A DNA stretch of 64,000 bases from Candidatus Omnitrophota bacterium (GTDB lineage: Bacteria > Omnitrophota > Gorgyraeia > Zapsychrales > JAHFFX01): NCBI GenBank assembly GCA_023247725.1, contig JAHFFW010000012.1:1833-65832 (forward strand), read 5' to 3'. The translations under genes were made by a program, and so were the position numbers. This document shows positions 54,615-64,000 of this stretch, piece after piece; position 1 is the stretch's first letter; each line of letters opens with the position of its first letter. The notes under the pieces are model-generated. The model saw only the letters and a program-made list of their open reading frames with translations. It was not told the DNA's origin and made no database searches.

Positions 54615-55376
54615 CTACGTCCGCCCAAGAAAGTCCAAGACCCCGTTGATGAAGGTCAAGGGATGAAAAGGACAACCCGGGACATACAGGTCCACGCGGT
54701 ATTTTTTTAAGAAATCCCTTTTCAGCGCCGGTGAAGAAGCAAACACCCCGCCGCTGATCGCACAGCTCCCGGCGAGGATAATGATCTTGGGATCGGGAAC
54801 AGCCTCGTAAGCGTCTTGTAGTGGCTGCGCCATATTCTCGGAGATGGGGCCGGTGATGACAATTCCGTCCGCATGCCGGGGCGAGGCAACGATCTCAATG
54901 CCAAAACGCCCCATATCAAAATTCACATTCGAACAGGCATTCAATTCCATATCGCAGGCAGGACAGCCTCCGGCGGAAACAGATCGTAATCGTAATGACC
55001 GGCTCAAAATCCGCAGCAATTCCTTATTCGCCAGCTTGATCCGTTCCCGATAACTCTGCGCCGTGAGGGAGCCATCAATCATCAAATCTTCCCGAGCCGT
55101 TGCCGCTATTTTGTATTCATTGGTAAATCGGATGGCGCCGGTTTTACAAAAGCGTTCGCAATCCCCGCAGAAGATGCACTTGCCCAGATCGATCCGCAGA
55201 GGGCCGGTCAAGATCGCTTGCGTCGGGCATTGACGACGCAAAGCTTCGGGGTCTTCCCGGAGCTCTTCTTCCCGGATCTTCGGCAGGCCGCGAAATTTTT
55301 CGTCGATGGCCGCATGACGGACATCCGAAATCGTTTGATGTCCGAGCTGCCAGCGGATTTGCAAAGGATTCAGCAT
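54615..55376 (-). CDS. Ehr small subunit (ferredoxin + HyfI/NuoB-like fusion)
   Basis: CIFCGDCERFC; GGCPAC, SPRHADG, GSCA..GG, PGCP. Confidence 0.88.
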   Translation of the reverse strand: MLNPLQIRWQLGHQTISDVRHAAIDEKFRGLPKIREEELREDPEALRRQCPTQAILTGPLRIDLGKCIFCGDCERFCKTGAIRFTNEYKIAATAREDLMIDGSLTAQSYRERIKLANKELLRILSRSLRLRSVSAGGCPACDMELNACSNVNFDMGRFGIEIVASPRHADGIVITGPISENMAQPLQDAYEAVPDPKIIILAGSCAISGGVFASSPALKRDFLKKYRVDLYVPGCPFHPLTFINGVLDFLGRT

Positions 55377-55416
55377 CGTTTTTTCTATTCTCCTTCAGCG
55401 GAATTTGGATTTGGAT

Positions 55417-56920
55417 TCATAAGTCATGCCCGCTGTAAGACAGGTTAAAGCTTTTGTTGCACAGCGGAAAATCCGATATGGCATTATTCCGGACGGCCAA
55501 GGCCAGCCCATACCAATTGTGGAAGGAAGGATCCTTGATTTTGTAGCGCCGCAGCTGGCCCTGGCCGTCGGTGATCGCGATGTGCGCGATTTCTCCCCGC
55601 CAGCCTTCCACCAAAGCAACGGTCAACTGATCCGCAGCCAGCTGGCCCGGCTCTTGTTTGAGATTGCCTTCTTGTGGAAAATGATCCAACTGCTCGAGGA
55701 TGAAATTGATGGACTGTTTGATCTCGACGTAGCGCATGTAGGTTCGGGCAAAAACGTCGCCGCCCAAAAGCGTGTGCTTAAAGACCGGGAAGTATTGAAA
55801 AATTCCGAAGGGATGATCGGCCCGCACATCGACGGCGATTCCCGATGCGCGCGCACAAAGTCCGACCAAACCCAAATCCCGGGCCTGATCGCGTGTCAGG
55901 ATTCCGGTTTTTTCCAGACGCGAGAGGACGCTCGCGGTTTCCAGCATGGATTCACACATTCGGACAATATCCTTTTGCACCTTTCCTAAGGTTTTCCGGA
56001 TGCGGTCTTTGAGGATTCCATCGATGGAATAATGGACTCCGCCGGGAACAATCAGACCTTTTCCGAATCGGCTTGCGCACAAAGCGAGCGAGGTGTTGAT
56101 GACCGAGGTTCGGGTGGCCCCGAAGACCGAACTTCCCAGAAGATGGGCGATGTCATTGGGAGATGGCGCCGAGATCCCCGATATGGACGGCCACTCGTTC
56201 TAATTCCAGGGCGATGGCACGAACCGCCATCGCTTCCCGAGAAATTTCCGTGCCGGTCAACGATTCTATGGCCTGCGCATAGGCCATCGCGTGGCCCACG
56301 GCAGAATCGGAGGCGATTGATTCAGCGAGATGCGGTTGGAATCGACTTGCGCCAGGCAAAGGCTTGGCCAGGAACAAGGCCTCCATACCGCGATGCTGAT
56401 ATCCAAGTTGAATTTCGAGATGATGAATTTTTTCACCCAGACACATGAAGCGAAAATGACCGGGCTCAATGACACCCGCGTGAATGGGGCCGACGCCGAC
56501 CTCATGAATTTCCTCGCCTTCCAGTTTAAAGAATGGATAATTCGACGGTGTTTGGCTTGGGTCATAGCGGTCGAAAGGATAACGGACGGGTTTCAGCCAC
56601 GGATGCCCCAGGGGTTTGATACCGAATTGTTCAAAGATCTCCCGTTCGAAGAGATGCACGGCGGGGACTTCCGGTGTCAGGGAATGGAAGATCTGTTCAT
56701 TTTTTAAGGAACATTGTGCAATCAAGAGACGGGATCCTGCATCATCGGCCAGAACCGCAAAGAGCGTGATGCCATCAGGAACCTTTGTCCCAAAAAAACC
56801 GATGATCCTTTTCCCTTTCCGGTATTCATCCACGATCTGTGCATGCAAAACATCGACGGAGAATGGCGGGATATTTTTTAAAGCGACGGATCGATTGTTT
56901 TTCGTTAGGGCCCAGTTCAT
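55417..56920 (-). pseudogene. Ehr large subunit (HyfG-like NuoC-NuoD fusion) split by a frameshift near 56158 (real mutation or assembly error)
   Basis: FEREI..GHPW, VGPIHAGVIEPGHFRF, ELERVAVH; continues in another frame to VEGWRGEI and DFPLCNKSFNLSYSGHDL. Confidence 0.85.
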
Positions 56921-56924
56921 GGTC

Positions 56925-58331
56925 TTAAAAGGCGGAAGCGGTTTGATCCAGCAATTGACACAACACCGGAGGCAGGAAACCGGCTCCGAAGAGAAGCAAC
57001 AAAAAGATGATTTGCGGCCAATAAACAAGGCCCGGAAGTTTTTGGGTAACGACCGGGCGCTCGATTTCTCCCAGGCTCATGACCAAGATGGAGCGGCCCA
57101 TACCGTAAAGGATCACGATGACCAGAACAATAAAAAGAAGGGCGAGAATCGCGTAACCTTTTTGCCAGAGCGCCATGAGGATAAAAAATTTGCTCAAGAA
57201 GATGGGGAACGGAGGAAAGCCCATGAGGCTGAAAAAAGACAGAATCCAGATCCATCCGCTCCGAGGATCTTTCTCGAGAAGGCCTTTGGCATCTTCAATG
57301 TGTTTTGATTGGTAAATTTTTAAAATATTCCCGGAGGTCAAAAAGAGTGAAGCCTTGCTTAAGGAATGGGCGAAAAGGTGCAGCATCGCAGCCCATACGC
57401 CGAGGCCTCCGGCTCCGATTCCGATGGCGAGGATTCCCATATTTTCAATCGAAGAGTAAGCGAGCATGCGTTTGTAATTTTTGTTCCGCAAAAGAAAAAC
57501 CGCGCCGACAAACAGCGAAAGGAATCCTACCCATAGAAAAAGGAGGCTCGTGATTCGCCCCAGTTGGGCCAGATTGATCAATTTGGTCACCCGCAGGATT
57601 CCCAAAAACGCGGTATTTAAAAGCGCGCCGGACAAAAGCGCCGATACCGGTGAGGGTGCCTCGGAATGCGCGTCCGGAAGCCAGGCATGGACCGGCGCCA
57701 GACCCATCTTCGTGCCGAAGCCAATCAAGAGAAATGGAAAAGCAATTTTCAACCAGAATGGCATCACCTGGCCGACATGGGCGTAAAGATCGTGGAAGAA
57801 TAAGGAATCAAAATTGCGGGTTTCTCCCATCGATAAAAGGATGATGCCAACGAAGGCGAGCGAAATCCCAATCGAGCAAATAAAGATATATTTCCAGGTC
57901 GCTTCCATCGTCGATCGGGTCCCATAAAAATAAACCAGGGGGGCGCTGGAAAGAGTCGTGGCTTCCATAAAGACCCAAAATAATCCCAGATGCGAACTTA
58001 ACGTCGCGCCGGTCAAGGAAAAGACAAAAAGCAATAAGCCGACGGTAAAATAGGTGTTTGCCTTTAAAGCCATGGTTTCATCGCTTAAGAAATCCTGACA
58101 GTAGATGGCGATCCCGGCAAAGAGGATCGACACCACGAAGAGAAATAGAATATTAAGATGATCGGTCTGGAAATAGGCAAGGAATGATTCTGGGTTTCCA
58201 TAAAGACGGAAGGAACAAGACAGATGAAGAATGGCGTACATCAAAAGCGCCAGCCTATTCAAAGTCCACGAGCGCGCCAAAAGCAACCCAGCGCTTAAAA
58301 CCAATGGTGCGATGAGAAGGCTTGCGATCAT
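56925..58331 (-). CDS. hyfF: HyfF-like proton-conducting membrane subunit
   Basis: WVFMEATT, EATWKY, GTKMGLAPVHAWLPDAHSEAP, KRMLAYSS. Confidence 0.9.
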   Translation of the reverse strand: MIASLLIAPLVLSAGLLLARSWTLNRLALLMYAILHLSCSFRLYGNPESFLAYFQTDHLNILFLFVVSILFAGIAIYCQDFLSDETMALKANTYFTVGLLLFVFSLTGATLSSHLGLFWVFMEATTLSSAPLVYFYGTRSTMEATWKYIFICSIGISLAFVGIILLSMGETRNFDSLFFHDLYAHVGQVMPFWLKIAFPFLLIGFGTKMGLAPVHAWLPDAHSEAPSPVSALLSGALLNTAFLGILRVTKLINLAQLGRITSLLFLWVGFLSLFVGAVFLLRNKNYKRMLAYSSIENMGILAIGIGAGGLGVWAAMLHLFAHSLSKASLFLTSGNILKIYQSKHIEDAKGLLEKDPRSGWIWILSFFSLMGFPPFPIFLSKFFILMALWQKGYAILALLFIVLVIVILYGMGRSILVMSLGEIERPVVTQKLPGLVYWPQIIFLLLLFGAGFLPPVLCQLLDQTASAF

Positions 58332-58967
58332 CTAATCCTTTAAATAGGTCAGGCGGTCCACATCGGGATTTTCGATCGTGGATTCGATTTTATTAATAAA
58401 AATTCCCAGCAACAGGACGACGAGGAAGATGTCCAAGAGCACACCAGTGTTAACGATCATGGGCATTTCATGAACCTTGGATAAGGACAAAAGAAAAATG
58501 CCGTTCTCCACGATCATAAAACCCATGGTGTGAGTGATCAATTTTTTTCGGGTGAGGATGATAAAGAGGCCAAAAACAATCGTGGAGATGGAGATCCCGA
58601 AATGCAGGTGGCCCAACCCGGCGACATGTTCGCGAGCCCAGTAAGCCAGGAAAAATCCTAGGGCGAAGATGAGGCTCGTAAACAATAAGGAATAAAAATG
58701 ACTGATATAAGGTTCGGTCTCGCGGGAGATTTCATTTTCGCGGATCGTCCGCATCAGGAATTGCGGGATGATGATCGCTTTAAATCCTAAGGTTTCTAAG
58801 ATCAGGAACGCGAAATTCCAGGGATTGAGATGGCCGAAGCTGTTCAAAACCAGGATGGTCAATAAAAATCCTTGGAAGGCCAGGGCCTTGATGTATCCCT
58901 CTAAGCGGCTGATGGCCGAGATGTAAAGGAGGCTCAGTCCAAAGAGGATAATGATGAGATTGATCAT
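58332..58967 (-). CDS. hyfE: HyfE-like membrane subunit
   Basis: FKAIIIP, VENGIFL, GVLLD, C-terminal LTYLKD. Confidence 0.88.
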   Translation of the reverse strand: MINLIIILFGLSLLYISAISRLEGYIKALAFQGFLLTILVLNSFGHLNPWNFAFLILETLGFKAIIIPQFLMRTIRENEISRETEPYISHFYSLLFTSLIFALGFFLAYWAREHVAGLGHLHFGISISTIVFGLFIILTRKKLITHTMGFMIVENGIFLLSLSKVHEMPMIVNTGVLLDIFLVVLLLGIFINKIESTIENPDVDRLTYLKD

Positions 58968-59875
58968 CCCGGCCCTCCCTGGCTAAAAATGGCGATGGAT
59001 AAAATCAACAAACCGATCGAGGTCGCGACCAAAATAAATTGAGGGACATGCACCATCCGCAGACGCGCCATCGAAGATTCCAGCAATCCAATGACCACGG
59101 CGATAAAAAACAATGCGCCGCCGGTCGCTAAAAGCGTGAGCCATCCCGGCAGTCCGGAAGGAATTAGAAGATCCGCGATCAATAGCCCCAGGACCACCAT
59201 TTTCATGGCCGAAGCCGAAAGGATCAATCCCAGATCCGGTCCGGAATGATCCAGAACCATGACCTCATGGATCATGGTCAATTCGAGATGGGTGTTCGGA
59301 TCATCCACGGGCATTCGGCAACCTTCGACGAGGATCAGGATAAAAAGCGCCACGAGTCCTAAGGTGATGATGAGATTGGACCAAGGATTGTAATGCTGCA
59401 GGGCAACAAAAATTCCTCCAAAGGAAGTTTGGTCCGAAATGAAGGCGAGGGTCCCTAACAAAATAAAAAATGCCGGCTCGACCCAGACTGAGAACGTCGC
59501 TTCGCGGCTGGCCCCCATGCCTTCGAAACTATTGCCCGTGTCCATCGCCGCCAGTAAAGAAAAAAATCGTCCCAGCGCTAAAAGGTAAGCAAAGAGAATA
59601 AAATCGCCGTTAAAGCCAAGGATTGCAGGGCAAGGTCCGACAGGAATCAGCAAACCCGCTAACACAATCGTCGCAAGATTGACAGAGGGAGCAATCTGAA
59701 AGATGAAAGACGTGGTCGAGGAAATCACTTGCCCTTTATGGAACAAGCGTCCGATATCAAAGAACGGCTGGATCACTGGCGGCCCTTGCCGGCCAGCGCA
59801 GAGGGATTTGACGCGGTTGATGACGCCGATGAAAAGGCAGGGAAGAACCAAGAGAAAAAAAAGATGCACGATCAT
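58964..59875 (-). CDS. hyfC: HyfC/NuoH-like membrane subunit
   Basis: GRQGPPVIQPFFD, FEGMGASRE, RMPVDDPNTHLELTMIHE. Confidence 0.9.
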   Translation of the reverse strand: MIVHLFFLLVLPCLFIGVINRVKSLCAGRQGPPVIQPFFDIGRLFHKGQVISSTTSFIFQIAPSVNLATIVLAGLLIPVGPCPAILGFNGDFILFAYLLALGRFFSLLAAMDTGNSFEGMGASREATFSVWVEPAFFILLGTLAFISDQTSFGGIFVALQHYNPWSNLIITLGLVALFILILVEGCRMPVDDPNTHLELTMIHEVMVLDHSGPDLGLILSASAMKMVVLGLLIADLLIPSGLPGWLTLLATGGALFFIAVVIGLLESSMARLRMVHVPQFILVATSIGLLILSIAIFSQGGPG

Positions 59876-61863
59876 GGGATGACTCCGATCGTCCAGATGA
59901 GGACTCCGACTAGAAAAATCAATCCATAAAGAATGTATTGCTGGATGTTGCCGCTTTGAATCCCTCTAAACAAACCCAGGAATCCGCGAATGGCCGCCCC
60001 GGCGGGCGTAAAGACATACGATTCGAAAATATCGCGATGGTGCGATTGATATGAGGCTTTCTGGGGAAAAAGTTCTTCCGGTTTTATCTTGTGGGAAGTT
60101 CGATTCACCAAAAATTCCGCTAACGATAAGAATGGTGCGGCATAAGAGGCCGCCGTGTATTGCATCCGGGTTGTCGTCGCCGGATAACCGCAATCCCAGG
60201 TGCGATGTTTTTGGATCAAACTTTTTTTCAAACAAAGAGAACGAACCCCATAAATGATCACGGTCAATCCCGCCAAGAGACATAAAACAAAAGCAAGATG
60301 ACTCAGGGTTTTTTCAAGATCAGCCATGACGGAAAAATCCGCGCTGCGAGCCAACGGCGCCAGCGGATATCGGAGAATGGAAAAAATCAACTGGGGCAAG
60401 ACCCCCAGCCCCAGACAGAAAAAGCCCAGAATTCCCATGGGAAGGAGCATGCTCGGCGTACCTTCGGAAGTTTCTCCGATGGCAATTGGTTGCCTCGGCT
60501 TCCCTAAGAAAACCACGCCGAAGGCCTTGGTAAAACACAAAAGGGCCAAGGCCCCGATCGTGGCCATGGCTCCCATGGACAAAACAGACACCGCGGACAA
60601 AAAAGGTTGGTGCGAACGAAATCCGTTCAGCAGGCTGATAAAAATGAGGAATTCACTGATGAAGCCGTTAAAAAGCGGCAGTCCGCAAATGGCTAGAGAA
60701 CCGATTAAGAAAAAAAATGCCGTGTAGGGCATGCGTTTGCCCAGGCCGCCTAGAAGTTCCATGTTCCGCTGGTGGGTTTTTTGAAAAACCGCGCCGGCCC
60801 CGAAGAACAAAAGTCCTTTGAACAAGGCGTGGTTCCATACGTGCAAAATTCCGCCGGCGAATCCGAAAATCGCCAAGAGAGGATTGTGATAGGAAAGACC
60901 CAAAAGCCCCAGACCAATTCCCATGCCGATGATGCCGATATTCTCGACGCTGTGGTAGGCCAGGAGTTTTTTTAGGTCGTGTTCGGCGATGGCATAGATC
61001 ACACCCAGAATTCCGGAGGCAACCGCGATGAAGAGGACGCCATATCCGACGGCCAGTGATGGGTCGGGGAAAAAGGTGATCATTCGTAGAATTCCATAAA
61101 TACCGGTTTTGATCATGACTCCCGACATCATCGCCGAGATGTGGCTGGGGGCCGCGGGATGGGCCTTCGGGAGCCAGGTATGAAAGGGGACAAATCCCGC
61201 CTTGATGCCAAAACCGACAAAAAAGACAAGAAAAATCCCATTGCTCCAGGACCGATCGGCTTTGAAAACTTCCGCGAAGGAAGCAAAATTCCAGCTGTGG
61301 GATTTGAGCGCTATGGAAATGAAGCCGATCGTCAGGAACATGACCCCGATCTGCATGGCGATGAGATAATTGAGGCCCGCCTCCAGGACCTCGCTTTTCT
61401 TTTGTTCAAAAAGGATCAGTAAAAATGAAAACAAGGACATGAGTTCCCAGATGAAAAGAAAGGCCAGGGCATTTTGTACGACGGGGACTAACAGCATGCT
61501 GGCCATGAACAGACTCAACAAAAAATAATGCGAGCTAAGCGAGTATCCCTTTTGACCAGCGTAAGGCCGCAAATACCCGATGGAATAAATCGTTCCCAAA
61601 AAACTCACGAGCGTAATGACCGTGACAAAGAAGGCCGCCAGAGGATCAAGGATCAAAGGGATAGGACCAATCGGTGGGTGGAAGAAGAGGACAATGCGGT
61701 CGGTGACGGCGCCGAGGAGGATCGGAATACTTTGGCGCAGGATACACAGTGTCCCCATGCCGGTAAAAAAAACCAGCGTCTTGCCTTTGGATGAATCGGG
61801 CCGGAAGAGAGAAAAAATTCCCCCCAGCAAAATAAAGCCGATCCCCGCAAGAAAAAGGTTCAT
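59872..61863 (-). CDS. hyfB: HyfB-like proton-conducting membrane subunit
   Basis: WELMS, KAGFVPFHTWLPKAHPAAPSH, KKLLAYHSVENIG, NHALFKGLLF, WDCGY...MQYTA. Confidence 0.92.
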   Translation of the reverse strand: MNLFLAGIGFILLGGIFSLFRPDSSKGKTLVFFTGMGTLCILRQSIPILLGAVTDRIVLFFHPPIGPIPLILDPLAAFFVTVITLVSFLGTIYSIGYLRPYAGQKGYSLSSHYFLLSLFMASMLLVPVVQNALAFLFIWELMSLFSFLLILFEQKKSEVLEAGLNYLIAMQIGVMFLTIGFISIALKSHSWNFASFAEVFKADRSWSNGIFLVFFVGFGIKAGFVPFHTWLPKAHPAAPSHISAMMSGVMIKTGIYGILRMITFFPDPSLAVGYGVLFIAVASGILGVIYAIAEHDLKKLLAYHSVENIGIIGMGIGLGLLGLSYHNPLLAIFGFAGGILHVWNHALFKGLLFFGAGAVFQKTHQRNMELLGGLGKRMPYTAFFFLIGSLAICGLPLFNGFISEFLIFISLLNGFRSHQPFLSAVSVLSMGAMATIGALALLCFTKAFGVVFLGKPRQPIAIGETSEGTPSMLLPMGILGFFCLGLGVLPQLIFSILRYPLAPLARSADFSVMADLEKTLSHLAFVLCLLAGLTVIIYGVRSLCLKKSLIQKHRTWDCGYPATTTRMQYTAASYAAPFLSLAEFLVNRTSHKIKPEELFPQKASYQSHHRDIFESYVFTPAGAAIRGFLGLFRGIQSGNIQQYILYGLIFLVGVLIWTIGVIP

Positions 61864-62543
61864 GGCCGATCCTGCTTTAGCCAGATCATTTCCTTTTGCT
61901 GGATATAATCGAAAATTTTTTCGGCCACAGACCGCTTCTTTAATAGAGAAAGGAAATCATCCTGTTGGCATAAAAACGAGATCTTGGTCAAGATTTCCAG
62001 ATGGCGCTGCGGGTTGGCGCTTAGAACAATAAAAAGCGTGTGAACCGCTTCCTGATCGAGGGCCTCAAAATCGACCGGATTCTGCAGCAAAAACATGGAA
62101 ATGGTTTCGTGTTCAACGTCGGCAATAATGGGATTGCGTGGATGAGGGATGGCGATCCCGCGGCCAATGGCGGTGGGCATCATGTCCTCGCGTTGTAATA
62201 GGGAAAAGATAACAGCCTTGCGGTCAGTCCCCGGAGGCAGCGGCAGAATTTCTCCGGCCTGTCGGATCGCTTCAAGGATGCTCGCTCCCGCATTGTGGTA
62301 AAAAATTCTTCCGCGAGACAGAAGCTGGGTCAGACGCACGGGCGAGGCAGAAGCGCTCAGATCGTAAATTTTAGCGGAAACCGGCAAGCGGTTTTTGAGG
62401 ATCCAATCGTTGATCTCGAGCTTATTGAAACGGTATTGATGGTTGATTTTGTAAGCGGGGATCTTTTGTTCTTGAATCCAGCGATAAATCTTTTTTTCCG
62501 ACACCCCCAGCAATTGTGCGATGTCTTTAATTTTTAAATTCAT
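61860..62543 (-). CDS. Excisionase-type HTH + PTS EIIA(Ntr)-like regulator
   Basis: IAQLLGVSEKKIYRWI..IPAYK..RF; REDMMPTAIGRGIAIPHPR. Confidence 0.9.
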   Translation of the reverse strand: MNLKIKDIAQLLGVSEKKIYRWIQEQKIPAYKINHQYRFNKLEINDWILKNRLPVSAKIYDLSASASPVRLTQLLSRGRIFYHNAGASILEAIRQAGEILPLPPGTDRKAVIFSLLQREDMMPTAIGRGIAIPHPRNPIIADVEHETISMFLLQNPVDFEALDQEAVHTLFIVLSANPQRHLEILTKISFLCQQDDFLSLLKKRSVAEKIFDYIQQKEMIWLKQDRP

Positions 62544-62655
62544 GGATGCTGCTCAAAAAAATTCAAATTTTGGGGAAAAGTTAATTTATTCTATAACCAG
62601 AGACCAACGTGTCAATCAATATCTGGGTGGAGTTGACACTGCGGCGGCCTCCCCG

Positions 62656-62688
62656 GCCCTCCTCTCACCCCCGGGGTGAGAGGAGGGC
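62656..62688. repeat. Perfect 16-bp-arm palindrome in the divergent intergenic region
   Basis: gccctcctctcacccc-c-ggggtgagaggagggc. Confidence 0.75.
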
Positions 62689-62728
62689 ACGTCGAAGGGT
62701 TGACTCCCATTTTCTTTTGTGCTAGCGT

Positions 62729-63427
62729 ATGGCAATGATTTCCGACAATGTCACGCGAATTAAGGATCGAATCGCCGCGATTTGCCAAACCATAGGACGT
62801 AACCCGCAGGACATCACTCTCGTTGCCGTCACCAAATTTGCCTCTATCGAAAAGATTAAGGAGGCGATTGCCGCCGGAATCACGCATATCGCCGAGAATA
62901 AGGTCCAGGAAGGCCAGCACAAATATGCTTTGGTCGATAAGGCCGGCAAGAAGGTCACGTGCCATTTGATCGGTCATCTGCAGACGAACAAGGCGAAAGA
63001 TGCTTTGAAGATCTTTGACCTGATTCAATCGGTGGATTCGTTAAAACTGGCGCATGAAATTGATAAACAAACGGCTAAATTAGGGCGAACGGCGGAAATT
63101 CTGGTTCAGGTCAATACTTCTGGAGAAGCACAGAAATATGGTTGTCCTCCGCAAGAGGCCATTCGGTTGATCGAAGCCATCCTGACTTTGGGGAACGTGC
63201 GCATCAAAGGGTTGATGACCATGGCTCCTTTGACCGAGGATGAGAAAAGGGTGGCTGCCACGTTTTCAGGCTTGCGAAAAATCCAGGATCAGGCGAAGAA
63301 ACAATTTCAGGGACAGAATAACTTTACCCCGCAATATTTATCCATGGGAATGTCGCAGGATTTCGAAATTGCGCTCAAAGAGGGAGCGAATATGCTGCGG
63401 ATCGGGAGCGCGATTTTTAAAGAGTAA
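62729..63427 (+). CDS. yggS: PLP homeostasis protein YggS/PLPBP
   Basis: LVAVTK, ENKVQE, IGHLQTNK, GLMTM, LSMGMS, RIGSAIF. Confidence 0.96.
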   Translation: MAMISDNVTRIKDRIAAICQTIGRNPQDITLVAVTKFASIEKIKEAIAAGITHIAENKVQEGQHKYALVDKAGKKVTCHLIGHLQTNKAKDALKIFDLIQSVDSLKLAHEIDKQTAKLGRTAEILVQVNTSGEAQKYGCPPQEAIRLIEAILTLGNVRIKGLMTMAPLTEDEKRVAATFSGLRKIQDQAKKQFQGQNNFTPQYLSMGMSQDFEIALKEGANMLRIGSAIFKE

Positions 63428-63439
63428 ATCGAGTTCGTT

Positions 63440-63582
63440 GGACGTAGTACGTCCGCTCGTCTGCCTTGCACAGTCTCGTTGGGACGTAGGACGTGATCAT
63501 TAAACAGCGCTCCATTCAAGAACCACGTCCCACGTCCGAGCGACTCGACGAAGGCGAGGAGCGAACGTCCCACTTCCTACGT
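63440..63582. repeat. Degenerate long inverted repeat built from ggacgt(a/g) heptamers
   Basis: acgtccgctcg...gggacgtaggacgtg versus cacgtcccacgtcc...gagcgaacgt. Confidence 0.6.
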
Positions 63583-63597
63583 AAATAAGGGTTAAAA

Positions 63598-64000
63598 ATG
63601 CAAAAACTCGGCATCATCGGCGGTGGGAACATGGGCGAGGCCATCATAGAACGCGTCCGTCCGGACTATCCTGTCTTGGTGAGCGAAAAAGATTCATCCC
63701 GCCAGGAATGTCTCAAGAAGAATCTTCAACTCAATCCCGTTGCGCTGAGTTTTTTATTGAAAGAAGCGGACATCATTCTCATTGCGGTCAAACCGCAGGA
63801 TATGGAAGGGTTATTAAAAGAGATTTCCCCAGCTCTAAAAACCTCCCAACTCATCATTTCCATTGCCGCAGGCGTGACTACCCTATATATAGAGAAGCGA
63901 CTTCCCAAAAAGACGCGGGTCATCCGCACCATGCCGAACATGCCGGCCATGGTGGGGGAAGGGATTACCGCGATCTGCGCCGGAAAGAACCTTTTGCCCG
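63598..64000 (+). CDS. proC: Pyrroline-5-carboxylate reductase, partial (runs off the window end)
   Basis: MQKLGIIGGGNMGEAI...AVKPQ...SIAAGV...RTMPN; follows yggS. Confidence 0.95.
   Translation, partial: MQKLGIIGGGNMGEAIIERVRPDYPVLVSEKDSSRQECLKKNLQLNPVALSFLLKEADIILIAVKPQDMEGLLKEISPALKTSQLIISIAAGVTTLYIEKRLPKKTRVIRTMPNMPAMVGEGITAICAGKNLLP

Noticed and set aside
55417-56920. True [NiFe] hydrogenase, or selenocysteine read-through at the TGA
   Set aside because: The Ni-binding CxxC motifs are absent, and in-frame read-through gives non-homologous sequence; homology resumes only in another frame.
1-64000. Numerous antisense and alternate-frame ORFs (e.g. 744-1478, 30604-31368, 56616-57308), plus tRNA/rRNA genes
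   Set aside because: They shadow well-supported genes and show no motifs; no cloverleaf or rRNA signature was recognised by eye.

Overview
A 64-kb bacterial chromosome segment of moderate GC. Gene content is diderm (TolC, AsmA, MlaEFD) and suggestive of the PVC/Omnitrophota group, which is inference only. Genes from 489 to 54503 run on the + strand without exception. They include housekeeping and envelope genes (Pif1-like helicase, MarR-TolC-HlyD-ABC efflux operon, two L,D-transpeptidases, a large repeat-containing AsmA protein, ychF, trxA, panD, def, lipA, mlaEFD, mscS, yggT, ybaB, greA, HIT, xth, AddAB-type helicase-nuclease), a RHH-PIN toxin-antitoxin pair and a small AT-rich islet with a putative BECR-toxin/DUF2283 pair. 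A minus-strand operon (54615-62543) encodes an HTH-PTS-EIIA regulator and an Ehr (hydrogenase-4-like, lacking Ni ligands) complex whose large subunit has a frameshift. yggS and a partial proC close the window. The most unusual signal is a varied set of short structured palindromic (REP/REPIN/MITE-like) elements that stack and nest in intergenic DNA. They have also inserted in-frame, without stop codons, into three DNA-unwinding/recombination enzymes: AddA (+44 aa), AddB (+108 aa, with a tandem triplication and a nested covarying copy) and Pif1 (about +50 aa). No rRNA, tRNA, CRISPR array or intact transposase was seen.
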